Shown piece after piece: positions 49,590 through 63,116 of a DNA stretch of 64,000 nt. The notes beneath the pieces were generated by a model. That model was not told where the DNA came from and made no database searches. It was given only the letters and a program-made list of their open reading frames with translations. The stretch is from NCBI RefSeq assembly GCF_006345805.1, contig NC_043008.1:45384001-45448000 (forward strand). Reading direction: 5' to 3'. The position numbers were made by a program, and so were the translations under genes. Numbering within the stretch: position 1 is the stretch's first letter; the number at the start of each line of letters is the position of its first letter. Source of the stretch: Octopus sinensis. Lineage: Eukaryota.

Positions 49590-49700
49590 GAGTTTTCCTT
49601 TTGACACCCTTAAGCAGCTTTCTGAACACTATGGCTGGATGGCAGGAACTTGTGTTAATGTAAGACAACTTCTCATTTGCAGTCTTAATTGTGCTAATTG
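49590..49700 (-). mobile_element. Possible Penelope RT C-terminal fragment
   Basis: KTANEKLSYINTSSCHPAIVFRKLLKG resembles the PLE K...Y....S.HP motif. Confidence 0.45.
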
Positions 49701-50849
49701 TGTCGCTAGATTTTCCACATATTATTTGAGAACTTCTCTGCCTCTCGCGACATATTTTCATCAGTGGGTATCAGTGCTATTGAGAAAAGCATACAGGATA
49801 TGCGCATCATTTATAGCATTGCGCTGGTTATATGACACTCACCGTTTCACAGCTGTCAGTAAATTAAAAGAAACTGATCTCAAGGACTTTTTTTTCGCTG
49901 ATGGCTGCTCGCTCAAAGGTAGAAATGAACAGCACGCACACACGCACACACGTAACCATTGTAGGACATTGGTTACTACTCTTAGAAATGTATATTATAC
50001 GGGCGAGAGAACAACAAACTTCTATGTAACGCTCACGAATATATTGACAAATCTATTTATCTCTATGTATACCTCCATATTTACGCTTGTTTTGTATTTT
50101 GTTTGATTTCTGTTACAGTTGTGGCAGAAAGAAAACGAATCTGTCCGGTTGATTTTTGTGTGAAATATCATTTTGAAGCCAAGTTCCAATCTCTTCTTTC
50201 ATAAAATGTAAATTTGTTCTTTTACTATTTTTATCTGAAGACGTACCAAGCTATAACTTGTTATATCACTAAAAAGATGGAAATAAATGATGCATTCTTC
50301 AGAGGGTGTATTAAGGTTTGAACTCGTAGTAAGAAATCTTACTTCACATATCACCAACAGTGCTATTATATTTCTGATCCAAAATAATGTAATCAAATCA
50401 ATTCTATACTTAATGTTAATTAGGCTAACTTCCTCAAATTATATCAATACCACTGGTCTATATTCACAATGCATACGCCAAGAATATCAAATGTGAGAGC
50501 CTGCTGTGAGTAGTTTTCCATTTAGTTTAAATGCTGTAAGATAATTTCGCAATCAGTTCCGATCAGTTTTGATCTGAAACAAATGTTCAATAGATATCAG
50601 TATTAAATATAATTGTATTAATTCATTTAGATATGAATATAACGTAATTTCCTTTCATTATAGAGGCAAGGGAAACTAGGATTGCATTTTGCTACTAATT
50701 CCTCAACATAAAAGCCAATTATGCAGACTGAAACGTTTGCCGTACCCTGTCTGCTTCCGTAGTTTTGTCTATATTTAATTAGTTTGGCTTTAAACCAAGT
50801 GATGTAGAACAAAATAATATAAAACTAACTACACACGCGAGTGCACATT

Positions 50850-51438
50850 ATATATAAGTATTATATATATATATATTATATATATATATATACATATATA
50901 TACATGTATATATATATATACATGTATATATATATGCATGTATATATATATATATACATATATATACATGTATATATATATATATGTATATATATATACA
51001 TGTACATATATATACAAGTATATATATACATGTATATATATATACATTTATATATATATACATATATATATACATGTATATATATGCATGTATATATATA
51101 CATATATATACATGTATATATATATGCATGTATATGTATACATATATACATGTATATATATACATGTATATATATATACATATATATACATGTATATATA
51201 TATATATATGCATGTATATGTATACATATATATACATGTATATATATACATGTATATATGTATACATATATATACATGTATATATAACATATATATACAT
51301 GTAATATATATATACATATATATACATGTATATATACATATATATACATGTATTATATATATATAACATATATATATATATACATATATATACATACATA
51401 TACATACATATAATATATATATATACATACATATATAT

Positions 51439-51477
<39 letters not shown>

Positions 51478-51623
51478 CATACATATATATATACATACAT
51501 ACATACATATATATATACATACATATATATATTACATACATATATATATACATACATATATATATACATACATATATATACATATATATTTATATATACA
51601 TACATATATATATATATACATAC

Positions 51624-51685
<62 letters not shown>

Positions 51686-51803
51686 ATACATACATATATA
51701 TATGCATACATATATATATATGCATACATATATATGTACATATATATGTACATATATATGTACATATATATGTACATATATATGTACATATATATACATA
51801 CAT

Positions 51804-51848
<45 letters not shown>

Positions 51849-51856
51849 TATATATA
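50850..51856. repeat. Irregular (TA)n array with TACATGTA then TACA subunits
   Basis: Seen directly. Confidence 0.95.
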
Positions 51857-51857
51857 A

Positions 51858-52176
51858 AGACTCCGCCGGTTACGACGACGAGGGTCCCAGCTGATACGAT
51901 CAACGGAACAGCTTGCTCGTGAAATTAACGTGCAAATGGCTGAGCATTCCACAGACACGTGTACCCTTAACGTAGTTCTCGGGGATAATCAGCGTGACAC
52001 AGAGAGTGACAAGGCTGACCCTTTGAAAATACAAGTACAACTCATTTTTGCCAGCTGAGTGGACTGGAGCAACGTGAAATAAAGTGTCTTGCTCAAGGAC
52101 ACAACGCGTCGCCGGGAATCGAACTCACAACCTTACGATCATGAGCCGAATGCCCTAACCACTAAGCCACGCGCCC
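51858..52176 (-). mobile_element. Young full-length tRNA-derived SINE (MetaSINE-like central domain)
   Basis: Minus strand: A box tggcttagtgg, B box gagttcgattcc, then tgtgtccttgagcaagacacttt..ctccagtccactcagctg. Flanked by (TA)n on both sides. Confidence 0.85.
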
Positions 52177-52178
52177 TC

Positions 52179-52223
<45 letters not shown>

Positions 52224-52926
52224 ATATTTCGGAATGGTCATATTGCCAGTTTAGCCAATAAAAACACACGCACTATATATTTGGTGTTATTTTGCTTCAG
52301 TGATATTTATTTTTTACATTAATCTTAATCTTATTTCGGCCAAAGTTCTTTCGTCACACTCCTGTGACCGCATCAGTGGTCCTTTGTTTTCTTCTCACTT
52401 ATTTGTGTCTCTCCTTACTAACCGTCAGCCATTTTGTATTTCTATTGTATGCCTTCATTTGCGCATGCTTATATCTCTATGTGCGTCTATGTTAATTTAG
52501 TGTGTGTGTGGGGGGGATGCCTGTAATATTTGAATCTTCTGTTTATATACATTAATGTAATTTGTATTTTGTTTTTGTTGTTGTTGCTTTTGTTCTAATT
52601 TTGTTCATGTGTTTACATCCACCCATTATTATCATTACATATGCTTGTATGTATAACAGCAATATTAGTAATAATAATAATAAATCTAATCGAAAAAAAA
52701 AAATATATATACATATACACACATATATACACATATACATATATATACATATATATACATATATATACATATATATATATATATATATTATATATAATAT
52801 ATATATATATATATATTATATATACATACATATACATACATGGATATATATATACATATATATAGTTATTCATTTCTATTTGTTTATTTATCTGTGTATT
52901 TATTATGTTTTCAGGATCCTCTATCG

Positions 52927-53328
52927 TCATATGTTGTGGTCTGTGCTATTGCTCCATTCTAGTTTTCTATTCAGGCTAGGTTTATTTTCTATTACATGTG
53001 TAGCTTCTGTAATTTGTCTAATTGTTGCATCTGTTCTATGTGTGGACAATATCTTAATCTCTATGTTATTGATTGATCCCCCGTGTTCCTGTTCGGCGTG
53101 TTGATACAGAATCGATGAGCTTTTACCTTCCTTTAGTTGTCTGCAATGTTCATTCACCCGCACTCCTATGCTTCTTGCTGTTTCCCCTACGTATGTTACT
53201 GTCTTGTTACTGCATCGTCCCTCTATACATCTTATACTATAGACTACATTTCTGGCTTTACAGTTTGTTTGTGGGCTAAATCTACATACAGTGCAATAGT
53301 TATCCGTACAGATAACTATTGGAGACAA
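52927..53328 (-). pseudogene. Penelope GIY-YIG endonuclease domain (5'-truncated)
   Basis: [56 protein letters not shown]. Confidence 0.92.
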
Positions 53329-53632
53329 CTCAAGGAAGGTAAAAGCTCATCGATTCTGTACCAACACGCCGAACAGGAACACGGGGGATCAATCAATAAC
53401 ATAGAGATTAAGATATTGTCCACACATAGAACAGATGCAACAATTAGACAAATTACAGAAGCTACACATATAATAGAAAATAAACCTAGCCTGAATAGAA
53501 AACTAGAATGGAGCAATAGCACACACCACAACATATGACGATAGAGGATCCTGAAAACATAATAAATACACAGATAAATAAACAAATAGAAATGAATAAC
53601 TATATATGTATATATATCCATGTATATATATG

Positions 53633-53676
<44 letters not shown>

Positions 53677-53728
53677 ATATATATAATATATATATGTATA
53701 TGTGTATATATGTGTGTATATGTATGTA

Positions 53729-53766
<38 letters not shown>

Positions 53767-54075
53767 CGATTAGATTTATTATTATTATTACTAATATTGT
53801 TGTTATACATACAAGCATATGTAATGATAATAATGGGTGGATGTAAACACATGAACAAAATTAGAACAAAAGCAACAACAACAAAAACAAAATACAAATT
53901 ACATGAATGTATATAAACAGAAGATACAAATATTACAGACATCCCCCCACACACACACTAAATAAACATAGACGCACATAGAGATATAAGCATGCGCAAA
54001 TGAAGACATACAATAGAAATACAAAATGGCTGACGGTTAGTAAGGAGAGACACAAATAAGTGAGAAGAAAACAAA

Positions 54076-54120
54076 GGACCACTGATGCGGTCACAGGAGT
54101 GTGACGAAAGAACTTTGGCC
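54076..54120 (+). ncRNA. Hammerhead-like motif in the PLE terminal region (A9C variant; mirror copy near 52336-52382 on minus)
   Basis: cca-CTGATGc-g-GTCACA ggag TGTGAC-GAAAG-AA-CTT-tgg. The homolog at 62378 has a canonical CTGAAGA. Confidence 0.55.
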
Positions 54121-54292
54121 GAAATAAGATTAAGATTAATGTAAAAAATAAATATCACTGAAGCAAAATAACACCAAATATATAGTGCGTGTGTTTTTAT
54201 TGGCTAAACTGGCAATATGACCATTCCGAAATATAACAATATCTGTTTCAACACACGACTTCACATAAAAAATCTTGCACAAGTATTTAAAC

Positions 54293-54396
54293 GTATATGT
54301 ATATATATATATATACACATATATATATACATATATAAATATACACATATACATATATACATATATATACAAAATCACATATATATATATATACAC

Positions 54397-54436
<40 letters not shown>

Positions 54437-54902
54437 ATATATACATATATACATAAACATATATTCATATACATATATATATATATACATATATGTACAT
54501 ATATATACAAATATATATATATATACATATATACATATACATATATATATACATATTTACATATACATAAAAACGTATACATATATATATATATACATAT
54601 ATACATATATATATATACATATATATATACATATACATATATATATACGTATACATATATATATACACATATACATATATATATACATATAAATATACAT
54701 ATACATATATATATATACATATATACATATACATATACATATATACATATATATATACATATATATATACATATATATATATACATACATATATATATAC
54801 ATACATACATATATATATACATATATATATACATATACATATATATATACATATACATATATATATACATATATATATATACATATACATATATATACAT
54901 GC

Positions 54903-54957
<55 letters not shown>

Positions 54958-55314
54958 CATATATATACATACATATATATATACATACATGTATATATAT
55001 ATATACACATATATATACATATACATATATATATACATATACATATATATATACATATATATATACATATACATATATATATATACATATATATATACAT
55101 ATACATATATATATACATATACATATATACAATATATATATACATATAATATATACATATACATATATATACGTATATATACATATAATATACATATATA
55201 TATACATATATATACAAATATATATATATATATACATATATATATACATATATATACATATATACATATATATACATAATATATACATATATATACATAT
55301 ATCCATATATATAC

Positions 55315-55408
<94 letters not shown>

Positions 55409-55410
55409 TA

Positions 55411-55442
<32 letters not shown>

Positions 55443-55600
55443 CATATATATACATACATACATATATATATACATACATATATACATACATATATATGTA
55501 TATATATACATACATATATATATATATATATATATTTACATATATACATACGTACATACACACATACATACACACATACACTGGCACCTATATATGCATA
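54293..55600. repeat. Irregular (TA)nCA array
   Basis: Seen directly. Confidence 0.95.
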
Positions 55601-57864
55601 CACACATCTCTGCAGGTATCTACACGCATATATATCTATACATACATCTGCACTGTATATGAGCTGGAATATTGCGGTTGACTTCAAATCGATACATATT
55701 TGAGAACAATCGATTTATTCAAAGAATGAAAAGATATTCTAATATATGAGTCTCTACTTGGGATTCAATATATAGAAAGAGCAAATACTTCAAAGTGGAT
55801 TTGTATTTGGAAATATCAGCAAAGTCCAATTATATTCAGGAAACTTTCGTCATATATTTAGATAGGGTAACTTAAACAAATTCCATTACACATGGCACTT
55901 TAAATAACCCGAAAATGTATTGCATCAGTTAATGCTTCCTACGTAGTTTGGTTATAGTGTAGAAGTAAACAGTATCTTTAAGGAATGAGTAAAAGACGTA
56001 TGAATTGAATTATGCATTCTACGTTATCAGACAAACGTACTGAATTTAATTGTTGCAATAGCTGGATTGCTGACTGAAAGAGTGATTAACAGAAACAGTT
56101 TTCAATAACCCAGACTACCTAGTATTATGAAGATCCTACGAGTAGATAAAATAGTAATGGGGAATTACAATCAATCATTAGTTCTAGCATTGACTTTTTT
56201 TCGATGCAGTAATAAGGTCGGGGTATTTTTCCTTACCGTAATAAGTTAGATATTAAGAATATGGTTTGGCAAAATTGGTATCATTTTTAAGAAACTCTGC
56301 AACTGTAGAATGCTTTACAGAAGTGACGCTTCAACAGTCAAATTAATTCGACTCAGTCAATCGTCATTCCACCAGATGACACCGTCTAAAGGCAGTATAT
56401 TCTCCATCGAGAATGGAAAATGGTAGGCAGATTCTTTCACCGTCAAAGTAAATTGATCTCAAGAACGTTATGCATTTTTTTCTATCATCCGTTGTTGGAC
56501 AAATATTAAAAATTATCTGCCACACTTTTAAATGTCTATTACCTAAATGATGATCATGAGACAATAAGAAAGCCCTTACGTGATATTTAGACATGCTAGA
56601 AATAGCATGTGTGCGTATATATGTATATAACCTATGTATGTGTGTGTTTATGCGAGTGTGTCGTGCTATATATATATGATGGGAAAGTAGAGGAAGAAAT
56701 AGGAAGACAAAAGAGAAAACGGGTATTGGACCTCTGCTATTTTGTCACAACATGTAGAAAAAAATTAAAACCGTTTTTGATTTAAGGGCTTCTAAGAAGA
56801 TCAAAGGCGAAGTCACACATTCAGACAAACCCGGTCACAGAAGAACAACATGCACAAAGAATATACTCTCTTAGACACTGTTCTCTTAAATCAGAAAACC
56901 ATTAATCTTTACAAACTTGGTTGTACATGCATGGAGCAAAACGTATTACATTTAGCAGACTCCGTTATAGGATCATGGCACATGTTTACAAAGTCATAGG
57001 ACTATATATTCCAGAAGACTAATTTGTTTTCTGCTTCACGCTGTATTGTTATGTTTTCTTAAGAAAGACACTGTAAATATTTGGATAACCGAAACCCACT
57101 TCATAAATAATAATATATTCTGCCCTGAATTGCTGGTGTGAGCCTGGTGCAAGAAACAAATATTGTTTCGTTTCTCTAAACAGTAATAAAATATAGTTTG
57201 TGACTTTTCGACGTGATAAACAGCTCCAATAATTTTCAACAGCACTAACTTACTGGGCAACCAGGTGCAATAATTATTCGTTAGTTTACGTGGCCAAGCG
57301 GATAGCGTTTTGAAATTAATATCATAAAGTCTTGGGTACGATTCCTAGTTATATACCACACCATGTTTTTGGGCATGGTATTTCACGCACTCGTGCACCT
57401 GTTAGTTCATCAAATAACGTGTGTAAGCTTAGTAGCACCTCAAGTAACATGTGACAGCTTTCACGTCGACATTCTTTTGGGAAAGTGTGGGGTGTAATAA
57501 AATCTACCTGTTTATACGGTCGTACAGGCTTGGCAGTGTTGGCCACTGTGTATGAGTGAATATGCGTGTGTGTGTGAGTGTGTGGTGTGTGTGTGTGTGC
57601 GTGCGCTTGCTGAACGGAATAAAATCATGCCCAACTAAATACGTCGTGGTATTAATTATCTTCTGGATATAAATCCCTCCGAGATCAGTTTTTGCCATTC
57701 ATTTTTCTAAATGCGATAAAATAATTAACGGTCCAGTCGTGGAATCGATATAAGAAATTCTTTTATATTTCTTTCTCACCAAAAATCTGGCCTTGTTATT
57801 AATAGTGCTATCATGATGAGCGAAATCAGCAGAGCAGTGAGCAAAATGCTCTGAGATATTTGGC

Positions 57865-57975
57865 CATTTCTCTTTACCTTCCGAATTCAAATCCTGATAA
57901 GGCCGACTTTGATTTATATCTCTTTGGGGTCGACGAAATATCGACCTGTCATGTATTGAAGTCGATTTAATGGAC
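57865..57975 (+). mobile_element. Degenerate SINE remnant
   Basis: gaattcaaatcc B-box-like, then gccgactttg..tttggggtcga; similar remnant at 58868-58935 on minus. Confidence 0.45.
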
Positions 57976-60283
57976 GAAACGCCCTTAACAAAAAGAATGA
58001 GTTCGTGTCAGTAATACAAATCATTTTTATTATCTCTACCATTCTCACATTCCTAATATTATTTAACAATAATAATATAAAATCACACAGTGACTTCGAT
58101 TATAAGATAGGCTTTTATTACTGCAGATTCAATAAAATATGAACGAGTAGTAATATATGGTTGAACTTTCGATCGCACTTACAAAATTAGTCTTATACCA
58201 AACGAGAAAGAGAATAAAACATGAAAAAAATGTTCATTTCAAATATTTAATATGAAACCAATATATCACAAGTACACAGTAAACCAGAAGAGGAAAAGAA
58301 AAAAACATTCATCAAAGAGACATACATGAAAAGTAACTCTCATTTAGTAGTTCCACAAGATTGCTCTTACAGTCTATTACAGTTGTATATTTTAAAACAT
58401 GGATGTATTTGTGAGTGTGAGTATATTGTGTACAGAAAGTGCGTATGATTGCGTGCATGTGTTCGTTTGTTTGAATGAGTGTCTTTTGTTTCCTTTCAAA
58501 AAATATAAAATAACTGAGAGTTAAATATTTCAAACGAACCTTCTATTCAAGTACCGAATAAATGGAATGGTACAAACAACTTTGTGTGAGAACGAGGGTA
58601 GATATACACAATTTCATAAATAATGGAATCGATTAATAAACCATGACGATCATAACAATATTTGTATATCCGTATGTTTGCATCTGTATATGTTAGTGCG
58701 TGTGTGTGTGTGACAATTTATAAGTGTATGTGGTGCCTGTGTATGTATGTGCACAAAGTTACTCAGCAAACACTGCCAACAATAGCAACAATTTTAAATA
58801 TAGGCACAGGACCAGAAATTTGTGGGAGAGGATCTTTTCTATATCAAAAGCTAACGCTTGACAAACACTTATTTTATGGATCCTGGGAAGATGAAAATCA
58901 AATTTCACCTCGGCGGGATTTGAACGCAGAACTTAAAAAGTATATCTAAATATACCGAAGCATTTCCCCCTTATGCCTTTCTTACCACTGTGGTTGATAA
59001 AATAAATAATAGTCGAGTACTAGGAGTCAATATAACCCAGTACATTTTTACTCTTACGTGTTTGAAATTATTGTTATTTCTGTTAATTATATATTTACCA
59101 ATTTTTTTTTATATTTGTAAAGAAACGTGGAAAAACACAGCCACGCACGTGCACATATTTAAAGTAAGGAATATCTCTGACTTTTGTGAGTTCCCAGCCG
59201 GAGGAATTAGTTGCGTTGAAAGATGGGTGCAAAAATAAGAAGTGTGTGTGAAATTCAAAATACAAAAATATTTATCGATGTAAAGTCGTTACGACAAACG
59301 GCAAAAGAGCAATATTTCCGCCAGTGAAATAGTTAAAACATTGGTGAGGTTGTCGCACGTGGCGAAATACACAGTTGGAGTGAGTTATGGACTGCACTAG
59401 CAGTTAACAGACTTTAAGCGCATGTCACCACAGGCGACTGGTAGAAATTCAGGTAATATTTCTGTCAAGGGAAAAAGCACAAAGAACAATTTATTTCAGA
59501 CATTCTATTCCATTAGAGATCCAAGTATCCAGTGTTTTGTTGATGTCATCAATAAGTTAGCGTTCATGTTGATAACAGAGATCTATGGTTTGCTAACGTC
59601 TCTAACATATTCCTGGGCTTTGGAGCTTTGCAATCTGTGTTCGATTCCTAGCTGATGGGACTGTCAAATATCCTTGCTACAGAACCCCTTTACAAGTTAA
59701 ATGGCTGCTAATGTTGAAGTAAACGAAATGAGAATGATGCAAATGAGAAGTGTGTTCAGGAATATACATTAAAAACAGTGAGTGAGTGCAGGAATAAGAT
59801 GCTGATTAAGTTGCATATAACTAGCTGAGCATATAACTGAGGCGGGCTTCAGTACTGACAATATAAATTTTCCGTGCATATAAAATGCTTCCTTAATTAT
59901 ACAAGCTTGAGATGTTAAAATCTGCATAGCTAGGAGTGGGAAAAATATGCAAGATTACTCAGAGTATATCTGTAAAATCCGATAGGCTTGAGATATATGT
60001 ATGTACAAAAGCGAGTGATTCTGTATGTAGTCATATGCAAGTACACCTTTGAGTTGGTGTTGATCTGGATGTTCATGTTTATCTGTTGTATAGTGAAACA
60101 ATTCAGCTATTATTTAAAAACTGTTGAGCAGAAGCAGCTGAATGAAGTAGGCTAGTATGCTAGTGTCCATGCTAAATACATGTGAATATATACCTGTCAA
60201 TGAGTGTCCGATATATACGTGTTACGTATTATCTGGGTGTAAGCAGATGAAAATATGGGAAACCCGTACAGATGAAATTTCGC

Positions 60284-60321
<38 letters not shown>

Positions 60322-60616
60322 GCCCTGAAGCAGTTTCATAGATTTTGATCTTAAATGATTGGAAGTGTCATTATATAAGTTTTAAAAAAATGCAGTATAG
60401 CCCACCCAACTAGCACAGAGGTGCAAGAAATGATGCAATAGAAGGTTGCTTGAAACTTTCAGATGTCGAAAAATAATAATGGTGATAATGATGGTGACGA
60501 ACGTTATCTCAGTTTATGAGAGACAGGATCTCGAAGAAACTAGATGTAACTGCGAAAAGGAAGCTGAATCTGCACTTTTCTTTGTGTGTGTGTGTGTGTG
60601 TGTGTGTATTTGTGTA

Positions 60617-60671
<55 letters not shown>

Positions 60672-60678
<7 letters not shown>

Positions 60679-60905
60679 CTTCAACATTCAAACTGACAGG
60701 AAAATAAAAGCTAGAAGGCCTGATTTAGTAATAGTAGATACAGAGAGCAGAAAGTGCATGATATTTGACTTTACAGTCGCAAATAATCAAAAAGTTTATA
60801 TGAGATGTATAAAAACAGCAAAGTACCAAGACCTAGTTATTGAATTATAGAGACTATGGAAAGTTCGGGTAAAATGTATCCCAGTAGTTACAGGTGCGTT
60901 GGTGG
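60672..60905 (+). mobile_element. R4/Dong-type restriction-like endonuclease fragment
   Basis: DFNIQTDRKIKARRPDLVIVD..CMIFD..KYQDL..EL*RLW..IPVVTGAL. Confidence 0.85.
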
Positions 60906-61249
60906 GGAAAAGAAACGTATTGAACGACGGCATGAATGAGATTGGGACTGAAAACGGTGAAGATCACCTGCAGGGGGCCCACTGCACAGCAGGGTAGACT
61001 CGATCGTTATTTAACTACTGCGGTCCGAAAGAAAGGAGGTAAAATTGATGGAAAAGGACTTAATGCTGCTGTGAGGTGAACCAAGTAGAACTGGCTAAAG
61101 CAGCAGAATGAGAGAGATATTGCTTGAAAAGAAATTGATGCAACCCGACAGAGACTAATCAAGCAAATAAAAGAGATGGAAATGAAAGGCCGGTTAACAT
61201 AAATCCAAATCGAAGAACACAAACACAGGCTCTGACACACGGAAATAAC

Positions 61250-62020
61250 AACATAATCCAGACAGATGTCAATGAGACTGAAAGCAGAAACAGGGAAATA
61301 CCACGTATATGAAACGCCTACCTGTGCACGAGGAACCAGAATATAAATTTCCAGATGAAAAGCTCATTATTGCTGGTAGACTGCATGATATTACCCAATC
61401 AAATGAAAGAAAAAGGTAACCATCAATTAAAAAAATGATAACGAATAATAAAGTAACGAGGGTTAGAGGTACTTAACCAAGTCTTGGGACAGAATTAATG
61501 ATATCACCGCGACCAACAACTTAATATATGCTGCTGTCGTGATAATAACGAAAGACTTGGAGTGAAGATTTTACAACCACAAAACAAAGAGAATCTCAGT
61601 GGAAAATATTATTACAGGGACAGGTATAGTAATTGCAAAAAGACCTTGCAAGGGTAGAGATTCTTAGCGACAGGGGTAATATTAAAAGTAGATGCTGCGA
61701 AGCAATCCAAAGTAAGTACTGGTTGAAGCAAAAAGTATATAGGAGAGTAATGGAAGAATTTAGACAAAAAAATAAAAGCGAAAGCTTCCATGACCAAGGG
61801 ATACAATAACAGAATTGAACAGTTCAGACAAATTGTTCGAAAGAGATTAGAGTAGATTTTACTAGGAACTGAATGGAGATGTTACAATGAACCGCCTGCC
61901 AAGGAAGAGAATCTAGAATTCTGGAGAAACATTTGAAACCACGAAGTGAAGCATAATGGCGATGTAGGTTGGTTAAAAATGATAAAGGCAAATAATTCAG
62001 ACTTGTCAAAACAGAATGAA
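61250..62020 (+). mobile_element. Degraded R4/Dong-type pre-RT region
   Basis: DITATNNLIYAA, QKIKAKA..YNNRIEQFRQ, FWRNI..VKHN...WL. Confidence 0.6.
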
Positions 62021-62092
62021 AATAGAGATCACATTGTTATGTTTATGCATTCCTTTTCCAAGATTTTTGATGTGAAATCCTTAGTTGAAATA

Positions 62093-62512
62093 TATATTGT
62101 TATATTTCGGGAGGGTTATTTTTACTTTTGTCAAATAAACACACACTCTATACTATCATTTCATATTAATTTTTGCTTTTATTTTATGTCTTTTGTCTGG
62201 AAATTTTATTTTTATTTTTTATTTTTTGTCTTTTGTTTGAAAATCTTTCGTCATATGTCCTGTGACTTTTCTGCAACACTCCATCCCACGTGTTTAGTTC
62301 ACTCCGTCTTTCTGTTTTTTTTTCTGAAAAGACTGAATAGAGTAAATAGAACAGGAGACAGGTGGAATGGAGGGTCGCTGAAGAGGTCACGTGACGAAAG
62401 ATTTCCAGATAAAGGGCATAGAATATGAACAAATAAATCTGAAATGAAGAACGAATATATAGTTCGTGTGTTTATTTTGGCCGAAAATGTGACCATCCTG
62501 AAATATAACAAT
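62093..62512. mobile_element. Inverted pair of diverged PLE terminal repeats with hammerhead remnants
   Basis: Ends tattgttatatttcgg / ctgaaatataacaata match the 52216/54242 termini. CTGAAGA-g-GTCAC GTGAC-GAAAGATTTC at 62378-62405; a decayed minus-strand copy lies near 62237-62275. Confidence 0.7.
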
Positions 62513-62551
62513 AAATATCACAGTTTACTGTAAACACTAAAAGCTGGGATA

Positions 62552-62790
62552 CAGTCTATAGTATAAGATACACAGATGGATGGTGTAGAAACAGGACAAC
62601 GACATATAATGCGGAGACAATGCGTAGCATAGCTGAGTGGATAGGTGAACACTGGCGGGAACTCTAAGATGGAAAAATGTTCGTCAGTGCTCTACGAACA
62701 TGCACCATTAGAACCTGGAGACTCGATTAATATCATAGATGTTAAAATAATACCAACACGTAGAACAGCCACGACAGAATGGAATAATAA
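62552..62790 (+). mobile_element. Old PLE GIY-YIG fragment (family of 52927-53328)
   Basis: VYSIRY..TYNAETMRSI..EHWREL*DG..SSVLYEHA..SINIIDVKII. Confidence 0.8.
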
Positions 62791-63116
62791 CAACCCCCAC
62801 CCACTTCACTACACTATGCAACCTCAAGGCTAAAGACAGAATGAGAAAAAATGATAGATACAAACAGTATAATACGAAAACCCGTATACATATGCATACT
62901 AAAGACGGAATGAAAAATAAATACGTAAAGAGACGGATACAAAAAGTGTAAAAAACAACCAACCACTTAGACACGCCGACGCACAAGCACACACAGACAC
63001 ATACACACATAGATACAAGCGCAATCGCTTGCGCAGATAAGGACACATACCACAGAAAGACAAAATGGACGAAGTAGAACCAGAGAAGGCGCGAATAGGG
63101 TGTGTGACAGAATTGT

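Larger units (their letters stand above)
52216..54242. mobile_element. Penelope-like element as a head-to-head inverted pair of 3' ends (2-kb palindrome)
   Basis: Arms 52216-53147 and 53318-54242 are near-identical reverse complements. Each has the GIY-YIG C-terminus, a 3' UTR and a hammerhead-like motif. Confidence 0.93.

Noticed and set aside
52100-52176. tRNA-like cloverleaf with a CAT triplet on minus
   Set aside because: It continues directly into a SINE body, so it is a SINE head, not a tRNA gene.
55600-60280. Long low-repeat AT-rich stretch with short ORFs
   Set aside because: No recognisable motifs or convincing exon chain; left unannotated.
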